Below, one piece after another: positions 17,078 to 27,609 of a stretch of DNA of 32,000 nt. Origin of the DNA: Desulfocapsa sulfexigens DSM 10523 (GTDB lineage Bacteria; Desulfobacterota; Desulfobulbia; Desulfobulbales; Desulfocapsaceae). Within the stretch, counting starts at the first letter, position 1. Each line of letters opens with the position of its first letter. A model generated the notes under the pieces. The model had not been told where the DNA came from, searched no databases, and saw only the letters and a list, made by a program, of their open reading frames with translations. Made by a program: the position numbers and the translations under genes. Where the stretch lies: assembly GCF_000341395.1 (NCBI RefSeq), contig NC_020304.1:60001-92000 (forward strand). The letters run 5' to 3'.

Positions 17078-20000
17078 ATGTCCATGGAGAAAGATGTGAT
17101 CAGAGTTTTACAAATAAGACACCCGTTCCTTATCATTTTAGAAATTATTTTTCTGTCCCTTCTTTATACCAGCAGCTGTTTCGCAAAAGCATCCAGTTAC
17201 CATCTGGAAGTCAGTTTTATCCCTGAACAGCGCCTTTTACATGGCAAAGCCACGATAAGTATTTCCAGCGGGAAAGAATGGCAGCTCTATACGGGGGGGC
17301 TCAGCATCGAGAAAATTATCCTCGAAGAAGACGGAAAGAAATCCTTTCCCCTTCCCCTACCCAAGAAAGACCATATAACCATGTATGCTAGCGAGAGCGA
17401 CCTGAAAATCACGGTAATATACTCAATGCAGGTCTCTGAAGATGCGCAATTAAACCTTATCAGTCCGCATGGCATCGTACTCACCTCCAACTGGCATCCG
17501 CTCCCGCAGGAAGACATGCTTTTTTCCCTCCAGGCGACCCTACCCCTGGGATTTCAAGGAATATCGGAATCGGACATCCTCCCTGAACAGACAACAGATG
17601 GAATCATGAGGAGTTCATTTTCCCAGCCGGTACGGGCAATCCATCTCGCGGCAGGCCCATATCTGATAGAAAAAGAAACCATCCGGGAAGGCCTCTCTCT
17701 CTCCACCTGGTTCTTTCAGGAAGACCAGGAATTAAGCCGGGAATATCTGGATGCTGCCAAAAAATATATTCTCCGCTATGAACAGGAACTCGGCCCTTTT
17801 CCCTATAATCATTATGCAGTGGTTTCCAATCGCCTGCCAAGTGGTTTTGGCATGCCCACTTTTACCCTGCTGGGCCAGATGGTGCTGAGACTGCCTTTTA
17901 TCAAAGCAACCTCACTGGGCCATGAAATTCTCCACTCATGGTTTGGCAACTCCATTGAGGTGGCAGAGGGCTCCGGCAACTGGTGTGAAGGTCTGACAAC
18001 TTATCTTGCCGACTTCAGCTATGCCATCGACAGGGGAGAAGGTATTTCCCATCGCAAGGCCTCCATTGTCAACTATCAGAGTTACGTCCATCAGGAGACA
18101 GCGACACCTCTTATGGATTTTGGTTCCGCCAGTCATAATCAGCCAATGGCAAAAGCGAAGCGCGCTGTGGGCTATAACCGTTCTGCCATGCTCTTCCATC
18201 AACTTCGCGAAATCCTGGGAGCAGAGCACTTTATTCAGGGCCTGCGATTATTTGCCGAGTCCTTCAAGGGCCGTTCCGCATCTTGGCAGGACATTCAAAA
18301 ACTCTTTGAACAAGAGGCAGGAAAAGACCTTACGGACTTTTTCAATCAACAACTCACGAGAAAGGATGCCCCGTCATTGGAAATTACGGATATCCACAGT
18401 AGCAGCAGGCAGGACACCTTCACCCTTCACTTTAGCATCAGCCAAAACAGTGAACAGCCTTACACTCTCAGGGTTCCCATTCAGGTTACAACGCCTGGTG
18501 GTACACAGCGTTTTATACAAGAGATCACTGAAAAGAAAACGGCTGTCAGCATTGACCTTGAAGAAGCACCTCTTTCATTCGTCATCGATCCTGAGTATGA
18601 CCTGTTCAGAACACTTGAGCCCTCTGAGTTTCCTCCCGTCTGGTCCCGTTTTATGGGATCAGGCAACAGGCTGATAATCACAGGAGACGACTCAAGTCTG
18701 GCAGCATATGCTCCCTTCATACAATGGGCTGAGCAACAGGGCTGGAAAATTGTAGACCATAAATCGGTCACTAACCAACAGCTCTCAGAAAATTCTATCC
18801 TGTTTCTCGGTACAGAAAATACTGCCCATGATTCCCTCTTTGGGAAAGCACCGGTTATGGCTGCTGGTTTTCATCTGAGCGTACACAACAACCCTCTCAA
18901 TGAAAAAGAAGTTTCAGTCCTTGTTCAAAGCAGCAACGGTGAAGAAACAGCTGCAGCCCTTCACAGGCTGCGCCATTATGGTAAATACTCTTCACTGGCT
19001 TTCCATAATGGGAGGATTCAGGACAAAAAAATCACAGCAAGTGATGACGGTATTAAGCACCTCCTGGAGACACTTCCAGAAGGTGGCTCTACAGGTGCTA
19101 TCAAAAGCTTTGACCAGATTATCACAGAGCTTGCCGAAAAACGCGTCATTTACATTGGCGAAACCCATGATTCCATGGCCGACCACCTGCTTCAGTTGCG
19201 AGTCATTCAGGGATTACACACAAAGGGACTCGATCTGGCCATCGCCATGGAGATGTTTCCAACAAGCAGCCAACCGGCACTCGATAAGTATCTGCTGAAA
19301 CAATCAGACGCAATGGGTGAGGCTGAGTTTCTTCGCCAGTCCAAATGGTTTGATGTGTGGCGCTACGACTGGCGACTTTTCAGACCGATATTTAACTTCT
19401 GCCGTAAACAGTCAATCCCGGTGTACGGGATCAATATTGACCGGAAAATTGTAAGCACCGTCTTCTCCGACGGAAACACGGATGCACTCAGCCCTGAACA
19501 GCTAAAAACCATCGCCGCAAAGAGAGATCTCGCCATTGAAGGCTATGTGGAACGTCTGCGTCTGGTGCACGGATTTCACGCAGAATCACCACATGGAAAA
19601 GAGAAAGGAATTTCAGGTTTTGTCCAATCCCAGGCCATCTGGGATGAATCCATGGCTGCAAACATTGCCGAAATCCTCCACAGCAATCCCAAGAAAACCG
19701 TTGTGGTTATTGCCGGATCTCAACATACCCGCAAAGACTCTGGTATACCTCCGAGAGTAGCACGCCGCATGGATGTTACTCAAAGCTCGGTCCTGAGTCT
19801 CAATGCGGATCGTTCAGCCACAGATCCAGCTATCCAGGCAGATTATTTTTTTCTGACCGATCCCCTCTTTCTCGAACCGAAGGGGAAAATCGGTGTCATC
19901 CTTGATCCCAAAAAAGACGAAAAAGGTACAGAGTATTTGCGAATCAGTGGCCTCAGTCATGCTGGAAAAGCAAAGGAAGCAGGACTCAGGGAGAATGACA

Positions 20001-20185
20001 TCATCGTCAGCATCAATGGACAGCCTGCAAAAAATATGGAGGATATAGGGATTCTGATGATGGATTCAATGACAGGTGAGACTGTTAAACTCATTATTCA
20101 GAGGAAAAATGAGAAAGATGAAGCAGAGGAAAAGGAGATACGTGTCGAACTTTCCGATCTGACAAAACCCCCAAATCATCCATAG
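17078..20185 (+). CDS. Secreted multidomain protein: M1-family (gluzincin) peptidase-like domain + ChaN/Tiki-superfamily domain + C-terminal PDZ domain
   Basis: 1035 aa. Signal-peptide-like N-terminus: FLIILEIIFLSLLYTSSCFAKA. Zinc motif GHEILHSWFGNSIEVAEGSGNWCEGLTTYLA (HExxH plus a downstream E), preceded by the GxMEN-like GFGMPTF. ChaN-like blocks: RVIYIGETHDSMADHLLQLRVIQGL, LAIAMEMF, IPVYGINIDR, VVVIAGSQHTRKDSGIPPR. PDZ: LRISGLSHAGKAKEAGLRENDIIVSINGQPAKNMEDI. No SD precedes ATG 17078. GGAG at 17084-17087 lies 6 nt before GTG 17094, which is an alternative start. Confidence 0.85.
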   Translation: MSMEKDVIRVLQIRHPFLIILEIIFLSLLYTSSCFAKASSYHLEVSFIPEQRLLHGKATISISSGKEWQLYTGGLSIEKIILEEDGKKSFPLPLPKKDHITMYASESDLKITVIYSMQVSEDAQLNLISPHGIVLTSNWHPLPQEDMLFSLQATLPLGFQGISESDILPEQTTDGIMRSSFSQPVRAIHLAAGPYLIEKETIREGLSLSTWFFQEDQELSREYLDAAKKYILRYEQELGPFPYNHYAVVSNRLPSGFGMPTFTLLGQMVLRLPFIKATSLGHEILHSWFGNSIEVAEGSGNWCEGLTTYLADFSYAIDRGEGISHRKASIVNYQSYVHQETATPLMDFGSASHNQPMAKAKRAVGYNRSAMLFHQLREILGAEHFIQGLRLFAESFKGRSASWQDIQKLFEQEAGKDLTDFFNQQLTRKDAPSLEITDIHSSSRQDTFTLHFSISQNSEQPYTLRVPIQVTTPGGTQRFIQEITEKKTAVSIDLEEAPLSFVIDPEYDLFRTLEPSEFPPVWSRFMGSGNRLIITGDDSSLAAYAPFIQWAEQQGWKIVDHKSVTNQQLSENSILFLGTENTAHDSLFGKAPVMAAGFHLSVHNNPLNEKEVSVLVQSSNGEETAAALHRLRHYGKYSSLAFHNGRIQDKKITASDDGIKHLLETLPEGGSTGAIKSFDQIITELAEKRVIYIGETHDSMADHLLQLRVIQGLHTKGLDLAIAMEMFPTSSQPALDKYLLKQSDAMGEAEFLRQSKWFDVWRYDWRLFRPIFNFCRKQSIPVYGINIDRKIVSTVFSDGNTDALSPEQLKTIAAKRDLAIEGYVERLRLVHGFHAESPHGKEKGISGFVQSQAIWDESMAANIAEILHSNPKKTVVVIAGSQHTRKDSGIPPRVARRMDVTQSSVLSLNADRSATDPAIQADYFFLTDPLFLEPKGKIGVILDPKKDEKGTEYLRISGLSHAGKAKEAGLRENDIIVSINGQPAKNMEDIGILMMDSMTGETVKLIIQRKNEKDEAEEKEIRVELSDLTKPPNHP

Positions 20186-20224
20186 TCTCTAGCTAAAAAC
20201 GAAAACTCCGGAAAGGAACTAAAA

Positions 20225-20413
20225 TCACTCTTCTCTGTCCAGCTTCTCCATTAGCTCCTGCTGAAAGTCCTCATCACCCATTATTTTATTGGCAATGATC
20301 TTACAGAGAGCTCCGGTTACACTGTCATGATCCCCGGAGGCAACATTAACGGAGATCTCACCGTTCTCATCCGACTCCAGAATGAGAGCGGATTGATTTT
20401 CTTCAAGTTCCAT
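20225..20413 (-). CDS. Small acidic hypothetical protein (62 aa)
   Basis: MELEENQSALILESDENGEISVNVASGDHDSVTGALCKIIANKIMGDEDFQQELMEKLDREE. ATG at 20413 is preceded by GGAG at 8-nt spacing (aatttGGAGcaggtacaATG). It is co-oriented with yaaA and 60 nt downstream of it. I recognise no family. Confidence 0.5.
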   Translation of the reverse strand: MELEENQSALILESDENGEISVNVASGDHDSVTGALCKIIANKIMGDEDFQQELMEKLDREE

Positions 20414-20473
20414 TGTACCTGCTCCAAATTTTCAATTTTCTATTACGTTATAAAAAAAAAGAGACTCACCCTA

Positions 20474-21235
20474 TTATCTAGTAAAAACATACTTTTCCTC
20501 ACTGGAAAGATCCGAACGGAAGATGTACTCCTCCTGTTCAAAGTTTTTCAGTTCAGCAACACTCTGCACCCTGTTTCTCACAGCAAAGTCAACCATCATT
20601 CCACGAGCCCGTTTTGCGTGAATTGCTACGACTCGGTAGCTGTCCCCCTTGCGCTCCTTAAAATCAATCTGCTGTATGCTACCGCGTAAGTTCTTCTTTT
20701 TTATCACCCGACTGTATTCAGATGATGCCAGATTAACAAGAACAGGTTCTTTATGATCAGCAAGAACACTATTGACCTCGTCTGTGATTTTCTCTCCCCA
20801 AAATTCATAGAGATTTCCTCCCCGGTTATTCTCAAGACGACACCCCATTTCCAAACGATACGGCTGCATCAGATCCAGTGGTCTTAAAATACCATACAGA
20901 CCGGAAAGAATACGAAGGTGATTCTGCATATAGTCAAGATTCTCTCTCCCATAGTCCTCCAAAGCTATCCTTGAATACACATCTCCCTGAAAAACAGTTA
21001 TCGCAGGACGAGCATTCAGGGAAGTAAAGGGCATTTCAAAGGCATTGATTCGCTGCTGCGTCTGCAATGCTAACTGCTCACTCATTTTCATTAACTTGCC
21101 AAGTTCATCGAGTGACAGTTTTCGCAGTTCCTCTATCAGCAGTTCACTCTCCTGAAGCAGTGCAGGTTGACTCCCTTCTCTGCCAGGGGAGTTGTTAAAA
21201 TCCTGCGTTTTTGACGGGGCTATGATCAGTAACAT
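20474..21235 (-). CDS. yaaA: Peroxide stress protein YaaA (UPF0246/DUF328)
   Basis: 253 aa. Family-typical start MLLIIAPSKTQDF, later ...AITVFQGDVYSRI...LRILSGLYGILRPLDLMQPYRLEMG. Confidence 0.85.
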   Translation of the reverse strand: MLLIIAPSKTQDFNNSPGREGSQPALLQESELLIEELRKLSLDELGKLMKMSEQLALQTQQRINAFEMPFTSLNARPAITVFQGDVYSRIALEDYGRENLDYMQNHLRILSGLYGILRPLDLMQPYRLEMGCRLENNRGGNLYEFWGEKITDEVNSVLADHKEPVLVNLASSEYSRVIKKKNLRGSIQQIDFKERKGDSYRVVAIHAKRARGMMVDFAVRNRVQSVAELKNFEQEEYIFRSDLSSEEKYVFTR

Positions 21236-21342
21236 AATGAATAGTAATTCAAGTATGGTATATTTTGAAGTTGGGCATCAGTAACAAATGGCTCTCAACA
21301 GATGGCGTAATAACAACTTTACTCCTATCCTGTACCATCTCT

Positions 21343-22143
21343 TCAGTTCGCTTTCCAGATCGCATTAACCATCTGTAATGCGTGGCAAGTGGCAGTCACG
21401 TTGTGAACCCTTATAATATCGACACCAGAAGAGCAGGCTAGTGCAGAGACCACAGCCGTTGGCAGATCCCGGTTCTCCACATCAAGGCCGGTAATATCAC
21501 CAATAAATCGCTTCCTGGAGTGGCCAAGAAGAAGTGGACAGCCAAGTTCTTTAAACTCAGCAAGGTGTTTAAGAATTGAAAGATTGTGATCAAGCGATTT
21601 CCCAAAACCGATACCGGGATCTAGAGTGATACGCCTGAGATCAACTCCATTTTCTCTTAGCCAGGCAAGCCGTTCCCCGAAAAACACTTTAATATCGTTG
21701 ATCACATTCTCATAATGAGGTTTCACCTGCATATCTCCGGGTGTTCCCTGCATATGCATTATAATGACGGGAACGGATGTCTCCTGAACCAGCGCCAGCA
21801 TTTTTGGGTCTTTTCTGAGTGCCGAAATGTCATTAATGATATCTGCACCCACGGCAAGAGCCTGACGGGCTACTTCGGCCTTAGTGGTGTCAATGGAGAT
21901 TGGAATGGAATATCTGCCACGGATGGAGCGGATAGCTGGAATAACACGAGCAAGCTCCTCCTCTTCTGTAACCGGTTCAGCAAAAGGGCGTGTTGATTCT
22001 CCACCCACATCAATGATATCCACACCGGAAGCAAGAAAGGCCTCTACCTGAGAACAGGCAGAGGCCACAGAATCAAACTGACCGCCATCGGAAAAAGAAT
22101 CGGGTGTCACATTCAGGATACCCATTATTTTCGGCAGGATCAT
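21343..22143 (-). CDS. folP: Dihydropteroate synthase
   Basis: 266 aa. MGILNVTPDSFSDGG, IIDVGGESTRP, ISIDT, INDISA, DPGIGFGK. It starts 2 nt after the ftsH stop, the conserved ftsH-folP arrangement. Confidence 0.95.
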   Translation of the reverse strand: MILPKIMGILNVTPDSFSDGGQFDSVASACSQVEAFLASGVDIIDVGGESTRPFAEPVTEEEELARVIPAIRSIRGRYSIPISIDTTKAEVARQALAVGADIINDISALRKDPKMLALVQETSVPVIIMHMQGTPGDMQVKPHYENVINDIKVFFGERLAWLRENGVDLRRITLDPGIGFGKSLDHNLSILKHLAEFKELGCPLLLGHSRKRFIGDITGLDVENRDLPTAVVSALACSSGVDIIRVHNVTATCHALQMVNAIWKAN

Positions 22144-22145
22144 GT

Positions 22146-24155
22146 TTACTCCTTTGTTTTGTCTTCAGTGGCTGCAGCACCCTCCTCAGGCTCTTCTAAA
22201 TTCTCTGTTACAACACCTTCAGATTCTTGTTCTTCTTCACTTTCCGGAACAATTCCATCCGCTGATTCTTCGTCAACAGGAGATTCAGTAGCTTTTGAGG
22301 ATTCTTTTTTACTTACTTTTGGCTCAGATTCCTTTACGGTTCGTTCGTACTGACCGGGACGAAGCTCGTCGAGAATATCTTCGATATCCTCAAGCATAAT
22401 GGTTTCCTCCTCAAGCAGTTCTTCTGCCACCCGTTTCAAGATATCCATATTTTCAGTAAGCAACGCAACTACTTTCTCATTGGCCGCTCGTATTATCTGC
22501 TGCACCTCAAAATCTATCTTTCTCGCCGTGTCTTCACTAAAATCACGATGCTGACTGATCTCACGGCCCAGAAAAATCTGCTCTTCTTTCTTGCCATAAG
22601 CAAGGGGACCAAGTTCCTCACTCATTCCCCACTCACAGACCATCTTCCGGGCCATATTCGAAGCCCTCTCAATGTCATTTCCAGCCCCTGTTGTGATCTC
22701 ATTGAAGACAAGTTTTTCTGCAACACGACCACCAAAAAGAATACAGAGAGTGTTCTCCAGAAACTTTTTGGAATGGGTATAACGTTCATCGGTGGGCAGC
22801 TGCATGGTAACACCGAGTGCTCTGCCACGAGGTATAATCGATACCTTATGAATAGGATCGGTATCAGGAAGCAGTCGTGCAACTATGGCATGTCCTGCCT
22901 CATGGTAAGCTGTAACCTCTTTTTCACTCTCAGTGATAATCATGGAACGGCGCTCAGCACCCATCATAATTTTATCTTTGGCACGATCGATCATTTCTTT
23001 ATCAATCTTTTTGGCGCCGGAACGGGCTGCCATAAGAGCAGCTTCATTCACAAGATTTTCGAGATCTGCCCCTGAAAATCCCGGGGTTCCACGAGCTACG
23101 ATCTCCATATCCACATCGGCTTTCATTTTGGTTTTTTTTGCATAGATCTCCAAAATCCTCTGACGGCCCAGGACATCGGGAACAGGTACAATAACTTGCC
23201 GGTCAAAACGTCCGGGGCGAAGAAGGGCAGGGTCAAGAACATCAGGCCTGTTCGTGGCTGCGACGATAATAACACCTTCGTTTGCCTCGAAACCATCCAT
23301 TTCGACAAGGAGCTGGTTCAGTGTCTGTTCACGTTCATCATGACCGCCACCAAGACCGGCCCCACGATGACGTCCCACGGCATCAATCTCATCAATAAAG
23401 ATAATACACGGAGCATTTTTCTTACCCTGAACAAAGAGGTCACGGACACGGGAGGCACCGACCCCCACAAACATCTCCACAAAATCAGACCCGGAGATGG
23501 TGAAAAAGGGCACATCCGCCTCTCCTGCAATAGCTTTTGCAAGAAGAGTCTTCCCGGTACCTGGAGAACCAGCAAGCAAAACACCCTTTGGAATACGTGC
23601 ACCAAGCTTGGTAAATCTTCCTGGATCTTTCAAAAAATCAATTATCTCCTCAAGCTCTTCCTTGGCCTCATCAATGCCAGCCACATCTTCAAAAGTAACC
23701 TTGTGGTCACCCCTTTCAAGAAGTTTTGCTTTAGTTTTACCAAAGGAGAGGGCGCCCCCCTTACCACCACCCATCTGCATCTGGCGCATAAAAAAGATCC
23801 AGACACCAATAAGAAGCAACATGGGAAACCATGAGATAAAGAGAGTCATAAGCCATGAATCCTTCTGAACCTCTTTGACAGAAATATCCGCACCATTCTT
23901 ACGCAAAATGGAAATCATCTCATTGTCATTGACCGGATACACTGCACGAAAGGCCTTACCATCAGTCATCCTTCCTGAAACAATATCACCTGCTATCTGT
24001 ACCTGGGAAATTTCGCGACTCTCTACAGCTGCCACAAACTGGCTGTAGGTCAGCGACGTCATTTGTCCCTGAGGCTTATTAAACATATTAAATAGCAGGA
24101 TCATGGTCAGACCAATAACCAGCCACATGGAAAGATTTTTATAAAAAGTATTCAA
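22146..24155 (-). CDS. ftsH: ATP-dependent zinc metalloprotease FtsH
   Basis: 669 aa. Two N-terminal TMs, Walker A GSPGTGKT, Walker [12 protein letters not shown] region [20 protein letters not shown], zinc site HEAGHA. The start codon is TTG at 24155, preceded by GGAGG at 5-nt spacing. The C-terminal tail is acidic. Confidence 0.97.
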   Translation of the reverse strand: MNTFYKNLSMWLVIGLTMILLFNMFNKPQGQMTSLTYSQFVAAVESREISQVQIAGDIVSGRMTDGKAFRAVYPVNDNEMISILRKNGADISVKEVQKDSWLMTLFISWFPMLLLIGVWIFFMRQMQMGGGKGGALSFGKTKAKLLERGDHKVTFEDVAGIDEAKEELEEIIDFLKDPGRFTKLGARIPKGVLLAGSPGTGKTLLAKAIAGEADVPFFTISGSDFVEMFVGVGASRVRDLFVQGKKNAPCIIFIDEIDAVGRHRGAGLGGGHDEREQTLNQLLVEMDGFEANEGVIIVAATNRPDVLDPALLRPGRFDRQVIVPVPDVLGRQRILEIYAKKTKMKADVDMEIVARGTPGFSGADLENLVNEAALMAARSGAKKIDKEMIDRAKDKIMMGAERRSMIITESEKEVTAYHEAGHAIVARLLPDTDPIHKVSIIPRGRALGVTMQLPTDERYTHSKKFLENTLCILFGGRVAEKLVFNEITTGAGNDIERASNMARKMVCEWGMSEELGPLAYGKKEEQIFLGREISQHRDFSEDTARKIDFEVQQIIRAANEKVVALLTENMDILKRVAEELLEEETIMLEDIEDILDELRPGQYERTVKESEPKVSKKESSKATESPVDEESADGIVPESEEEQESEGVVTENLEEPEEGAAATEDKTKE

Positions 24156-24324
24156 CGATTCCTCCGCAACTCCGGATTTTAAAAGGGGTGATGCAACCAG
24201 CGCATCAAAAATTTAAGTAGCAGTCTCTAACAGTAAGGGCGGTAAAGCACTCTGTCGAGGGCAAGTGTATCTTTTTGTCAAAATAATAACAATTATCACA
24301 GACCATCTGATCAGTATATGCACC

Positions 24325-27300
24325 CTACAATACAGCTTTTATCTTTCGGGTAAAATACTGTACAGGCTGTACTCCAATTTCTTTTTCACGCATGGCCTTC
24401 ATTGCCATTACTACTGCAACCGCACCTGTTGCGGTTGTGGTGTAGGGGATGTGAAGTTCGAGGGCAGCACGACGAATGGTATAGGAGTCTTCAGTGGTTC
24501 GTTTTCCCATTGAAGTGTTGACCACCCAGGATACCTGATTATCCTGCATTTTATCGAGAATATGCGGTCGTCCCTGCGAGATTTTATTCACCTGTCTACA
24601 GGCGATATCATGTGACTGAAGAAACTCTGCCGTTCCATCGGTGGCAACAATTTCAAAATCCATCTCCACAAGTGTTCTGGCAGGTCCAAGAATAGTCTCC
24701 TTATCACCATCGCGTACACTTATAAAAACGGTCCCGGAGGTTGGCAGTCTTGATCCTGCAGCCAGCTGGCCCTTGGCAAGTGCCAGCCCAAGGTCATCGT
24801 CAATTCCCATAACCTCGCCGGTTGACTTCATTTCTGGGCCGAGCAGGGTATCCACATTGTCAAAACGGTCAAAAGGAAAAACAGCCTCCTTGACAGCCCA
24901 GTGGTCGATCACCACCTCTCGGGTCAAGCCAAGCTCCTTAAGTGTTTTGCCCATCATGATCTTGGTAGCCACTTTGGCAAGAGGAACACCCGTCGCCTTT
25001 GAAACAAAGGGAACTGTTCTTGACGCCCGTGGATTCACTTCAAGGATATAGAGATCATCACCCTTCACAGCATACTGCACATTCATAAGGCCAATAACAC
25101 CCAACTCAAGTGCCATGGCACGACTTGCCTCTTTTATCTCTGCAATCATTTCAGCAGACAGGGTGTGTGGCGGTAACACACAGGCAGAATCGCCGGAATG
25201 GATACCCGCCTCCTCGATATGCTGCATGATTCCACCAATGATAGTATCTTCACCATCACAGAGAGCATCCACATCCACTTCGATAGCATCTTTCAGGAAC
25301 TTATCAATCAGCACTGGATGATCCGATCCTGCAATACCTGGAATGGCCATAAAAGAACGAATCTCTTCGTCATTATAGACAATACGCATATCTCGCCCGC
25401 CAAGAACATAGGAGGGACGGACAACAACCGGGTATTCAATTTTGTTTGCAACGGCAAGTGCCTCATCCACTGTGAAAACCGTATCGTTATCCGGTTGACG
25501 CAATCCCAGTTTTTGCAAAAACTGCTGAAAACGTTTCCTGTCCTCTGCCCTATCGATAGAGTCAGGAGGTGTTCCAACAATGGTTACTCCTTGCTCCTCA
25601 AGGGCTACGGCAAGATTCAAGGGCGTCTGACCACCAAACTGAACGATAACACCATCAGGCTTTTCAAGGTCAATGATGTTCAGGACATCTTCAAGGGTCA
25701 GCGGCTCAAAATAGAGTTTATCCGAAGTATCGTAGTCCGTGGAAACGGTTTCTGGATTGGAGTTTATCATAATCGACTCCACTCCAATCTCTGCGAGGGC
25801 GAAGGAAGCATGAACACAGCAGTAATCAAATTCAATCCCCTGACCTATCCGGTTCGGACCGCCACCAAGAATAACGATCTTCTTCCTGTCCGTGACAGCA
25901 GAAGCTTCATTTTCCTGCTCATAGGTAGAGTAATAATAGGGGGTGTATGATTCAAATTCAGCAGCACAGGTATCAACCAGTTTATACACCGGTTCTATCT
26001 CGAGAGTTTTTCTGAGTTCCCGGACATCTCCGTTTGATGTGCCAGTGAGAAAGGCAAGCTGGTGATCGGAGAAACCATACTCCTTGCAGCTCCTCAAAAA
26101 CTCAGGAGTCAGGCCCTTAAAGCCTTTCTCAAGGATATCATTTTCTTTTACAACTATCTGTTGAAAATTATAGAGAAACCAAGGGTCAATATAAGTCAGT
26201 TCAAAAAGTCTCTCTATGGAAGTACCACGCTTCAACGCCTCATGAATATAGCTGATTCGTTTGGAATTTGGTTTTCTGAGCCCTGCTTCAAGGTCTTCCA
26301 GTTCCAGATGGGTAAGCACTTCCTTCCCATCTCCACCAAAACCAAATCGTCCGGTCTCAAGTGATCGCATTCCCTTCTGGAAGGCTTCCTTAAAGGTACG
26401 CCCTATGGCCATGGTCTCGCCCACGGACTTCATTGCTGTGCTCAGTACATCCTCCGCCTCTGGAAACTTCTCAAAGGTCCAGCGTGGAATTTTCACCACA
26501 CAGTAATCAATAGTGGGCTCGAATGCAGCATAGGTCTCACGGGTTATATCATTTTTCAACTCGTCAAGTGTGTAGCCAACGGCTAGTTTTGCGGCAATTT
26601 TTGCAATGGGAAACCCTGTCGCCTTGGAAGCAAGGGCTGAACTTCTGGAAACACGGGGGTTCATTTCGATAACCATAAGCTCCCCGTCCACAGGATTAAC
26701 GGCAAACTGCACATTCGATCCACCGGTCTCAACACCAATTTCCCGAATAATGGCGATGGAGGCATCCCGCATATTCTGATACTCACGATCAGTCAAGGTC
26801 TGGGCCGGTGCCACGGTGATAGAATCACCGGTATGCACGCCCATGGCATCAATATTTTCAATTGAACAGATAACAACCACATTATCCTTGGAATCACGCA
26901 TCAGCTCAAGTTCATACTCTTTCCAGCCCAAAAGACTCCGCTCAAGCATGATTTCACTGGTCATGGAGAGGTCAAGCCCCGAGGATGCGAGGTCTTTCAG
27001 TTCCTGACGGTTATAGGCAACACCTCCACCAGTACCGCCAAGAGTAAAGCTTGGGCGTACGATGACAGGGAATCCTATATCATCTCCTGCCTGCATTGCA
27101 GCTTCAAGGGTATGAACAATATGAGATTTGGGAACATTCAGACCTATATTCTCCATGGCCTCCTTAAACTCTTCCCTACCTTCAGCTTTTTTGATAACAG
27201 CAATATTGGCTGCAAGCATCTCAACGTTATATTTTTCCAGCGCTCCAAGCTCTGCAACTTTAATGGCTGTATTCAATGCCGTCTGTCCACCAAGTGTCGG

Positions 27301-27561
27301 TAGCAATGCATCAGGTCGTTCCTTTTCTATTACCTTTATCACCATTTCAGGAGTGATTGGCTCGATATAGGTAAAATCAGCGAGCTCCGGATCGGTCATA
27401 ATGGTAGCAGGATTGGAGTTAATAAGGACAACTTCATAGCCCTCTTCCTTCAACGCCTTCACTGCCTGGGCACCTGAATAATCAAATTCACAGGCCTGAC
27501 TGATAATAATCGGACCGGAGCCTATAATAAGGATCTTTTTTATATCTGTTCGTTTTGGCAT
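24325..27561 (-). CDS. carB: Carbamoyl-phosphate synthase large subunit
   Basis: 1078 aa. [33 protein letters not shown]..., with duplicated ATP-grasp halves and a C-terminal MGS-like domain. Confidence 0.97.
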   Translation of the reverse strand: MPKRTDIKKILIIGSGPIIISQACEFDYSGAQAVKALKEEGYEVVLINSNPATIMTDPELADFTYIEPITPEMVIKVIEKERPDALLPTLGGQTALNTAIKVAELGALEKYNVEMLAANIAVIKKAEGREEFKEAMENIGLNVPKSHIVHTLEAAMQAGDDIGFPVIVRPSFTLGGTGGGVAYNRQELKDLASSGLDLSMTSEIMLERSLLGWKEYELELMRDSKDNVVVICSIENIDAMGVHTGDSITVAPAQTLTDREYQNMRDASIAIIREIGVETGGSNVQFAVNPVDGELMVIEMNPRVSRSSALASKATGFPIAKIAAKLAVGYTLDELKNDITRETYAAFEPTIDYCVVKIPRWTFEKFPEAEDVLSTAMKSVGETMAIGRTFKEAFQKGMRSLETGRFGFGGDGKEVLTHLELEDLEAGLRKPNSKRISYIHEALKRGTSIERLFELTYIDPWFLYNFQQIVVKENDILEKGFKGLTPEFLRSCKEYGFSDHQLAFLTGTSNGDVRELRKTLEIEPVYKLVDTCAAEFESYTPYYYSTYEQENEASAVTDRKKIVILGGGPNRIGQGIEFDYCCVHASFALAEIGVESIMINSNPETVSTDYDTSDKLYFEPLTLEDVLNIIDLEKPDGVIVQFGGQTPLNLAVALEEQGVTIVGTPPDSIDRAEDRKRFQQFLQKLGLRQPDNDTVFTVDEALAVANKIEYPVVVRPSYVLGGRDMRIVYNDEEIRSFMAIPGIAGSDHPVLIDKFLKDAIEVDVDALCDGEDTIIGGIMQHIEEAGIHSGDSACVLPPHTLSAEMIAEIKEASRAMALELGVIGLMNVQYAVKGDDLYILEVNPRASRTVPFVSKATGVPLAKVATKIMMGKTLKELGLTREVVIDHWAVKEAVFPFDRFDNVDTLLGPEMKSTGEVMGIDDDLGLALAKGQLAAGSRLPTSGTVFISVRDGDKETILGPARTLVEMDFEIVATDGTAEFLQSHDIACRQVNKISQGRPHILDKMQDNQVSWVVNTSMGKRTTEDSYTIRRAALELHIPYTTTATGAVAVVMAMKAMREKEIGVQPVQYFTRKIKAVL

Positions 27562-27609
27562 GGGATACGGTATCTTTTTTTTGTTTTACGTTAAATTGCT
27601 ACTGAATGC

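Noticed and set aside
24189-24207. Hairpin tgatgc/gcatca followed on the minus strand by cccctttt, between carB and ftsH
   Set aside because: The stem is only 6 bp, the T-tract is short, and the hairpin lies 118 nt past the carB stop and only about 35 nt before the ftsH start. It could be a carB terminator or part of the ftsH leader, and I cannot decide from sequence.
25198-25950. Long antisense or alternative-frame ORFs inside well-supported genes (e.g. 25198..25950 in carB, 23196..23834 in ftsH, 16098..16736 in the radical SAM gene, 4523..5176 opposite maf, 18006..18674 inside the peptidase gene, and many 60-140 aa ORFs inside the giant signalling gene)
   Set aside because: Their translations are low-complexity and rich in Ser/Arg/Leu. 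They lack recognisable motifs and SDs, and they lie opposite genes with unambiguous family signatures. These are typical shadow ORFs.
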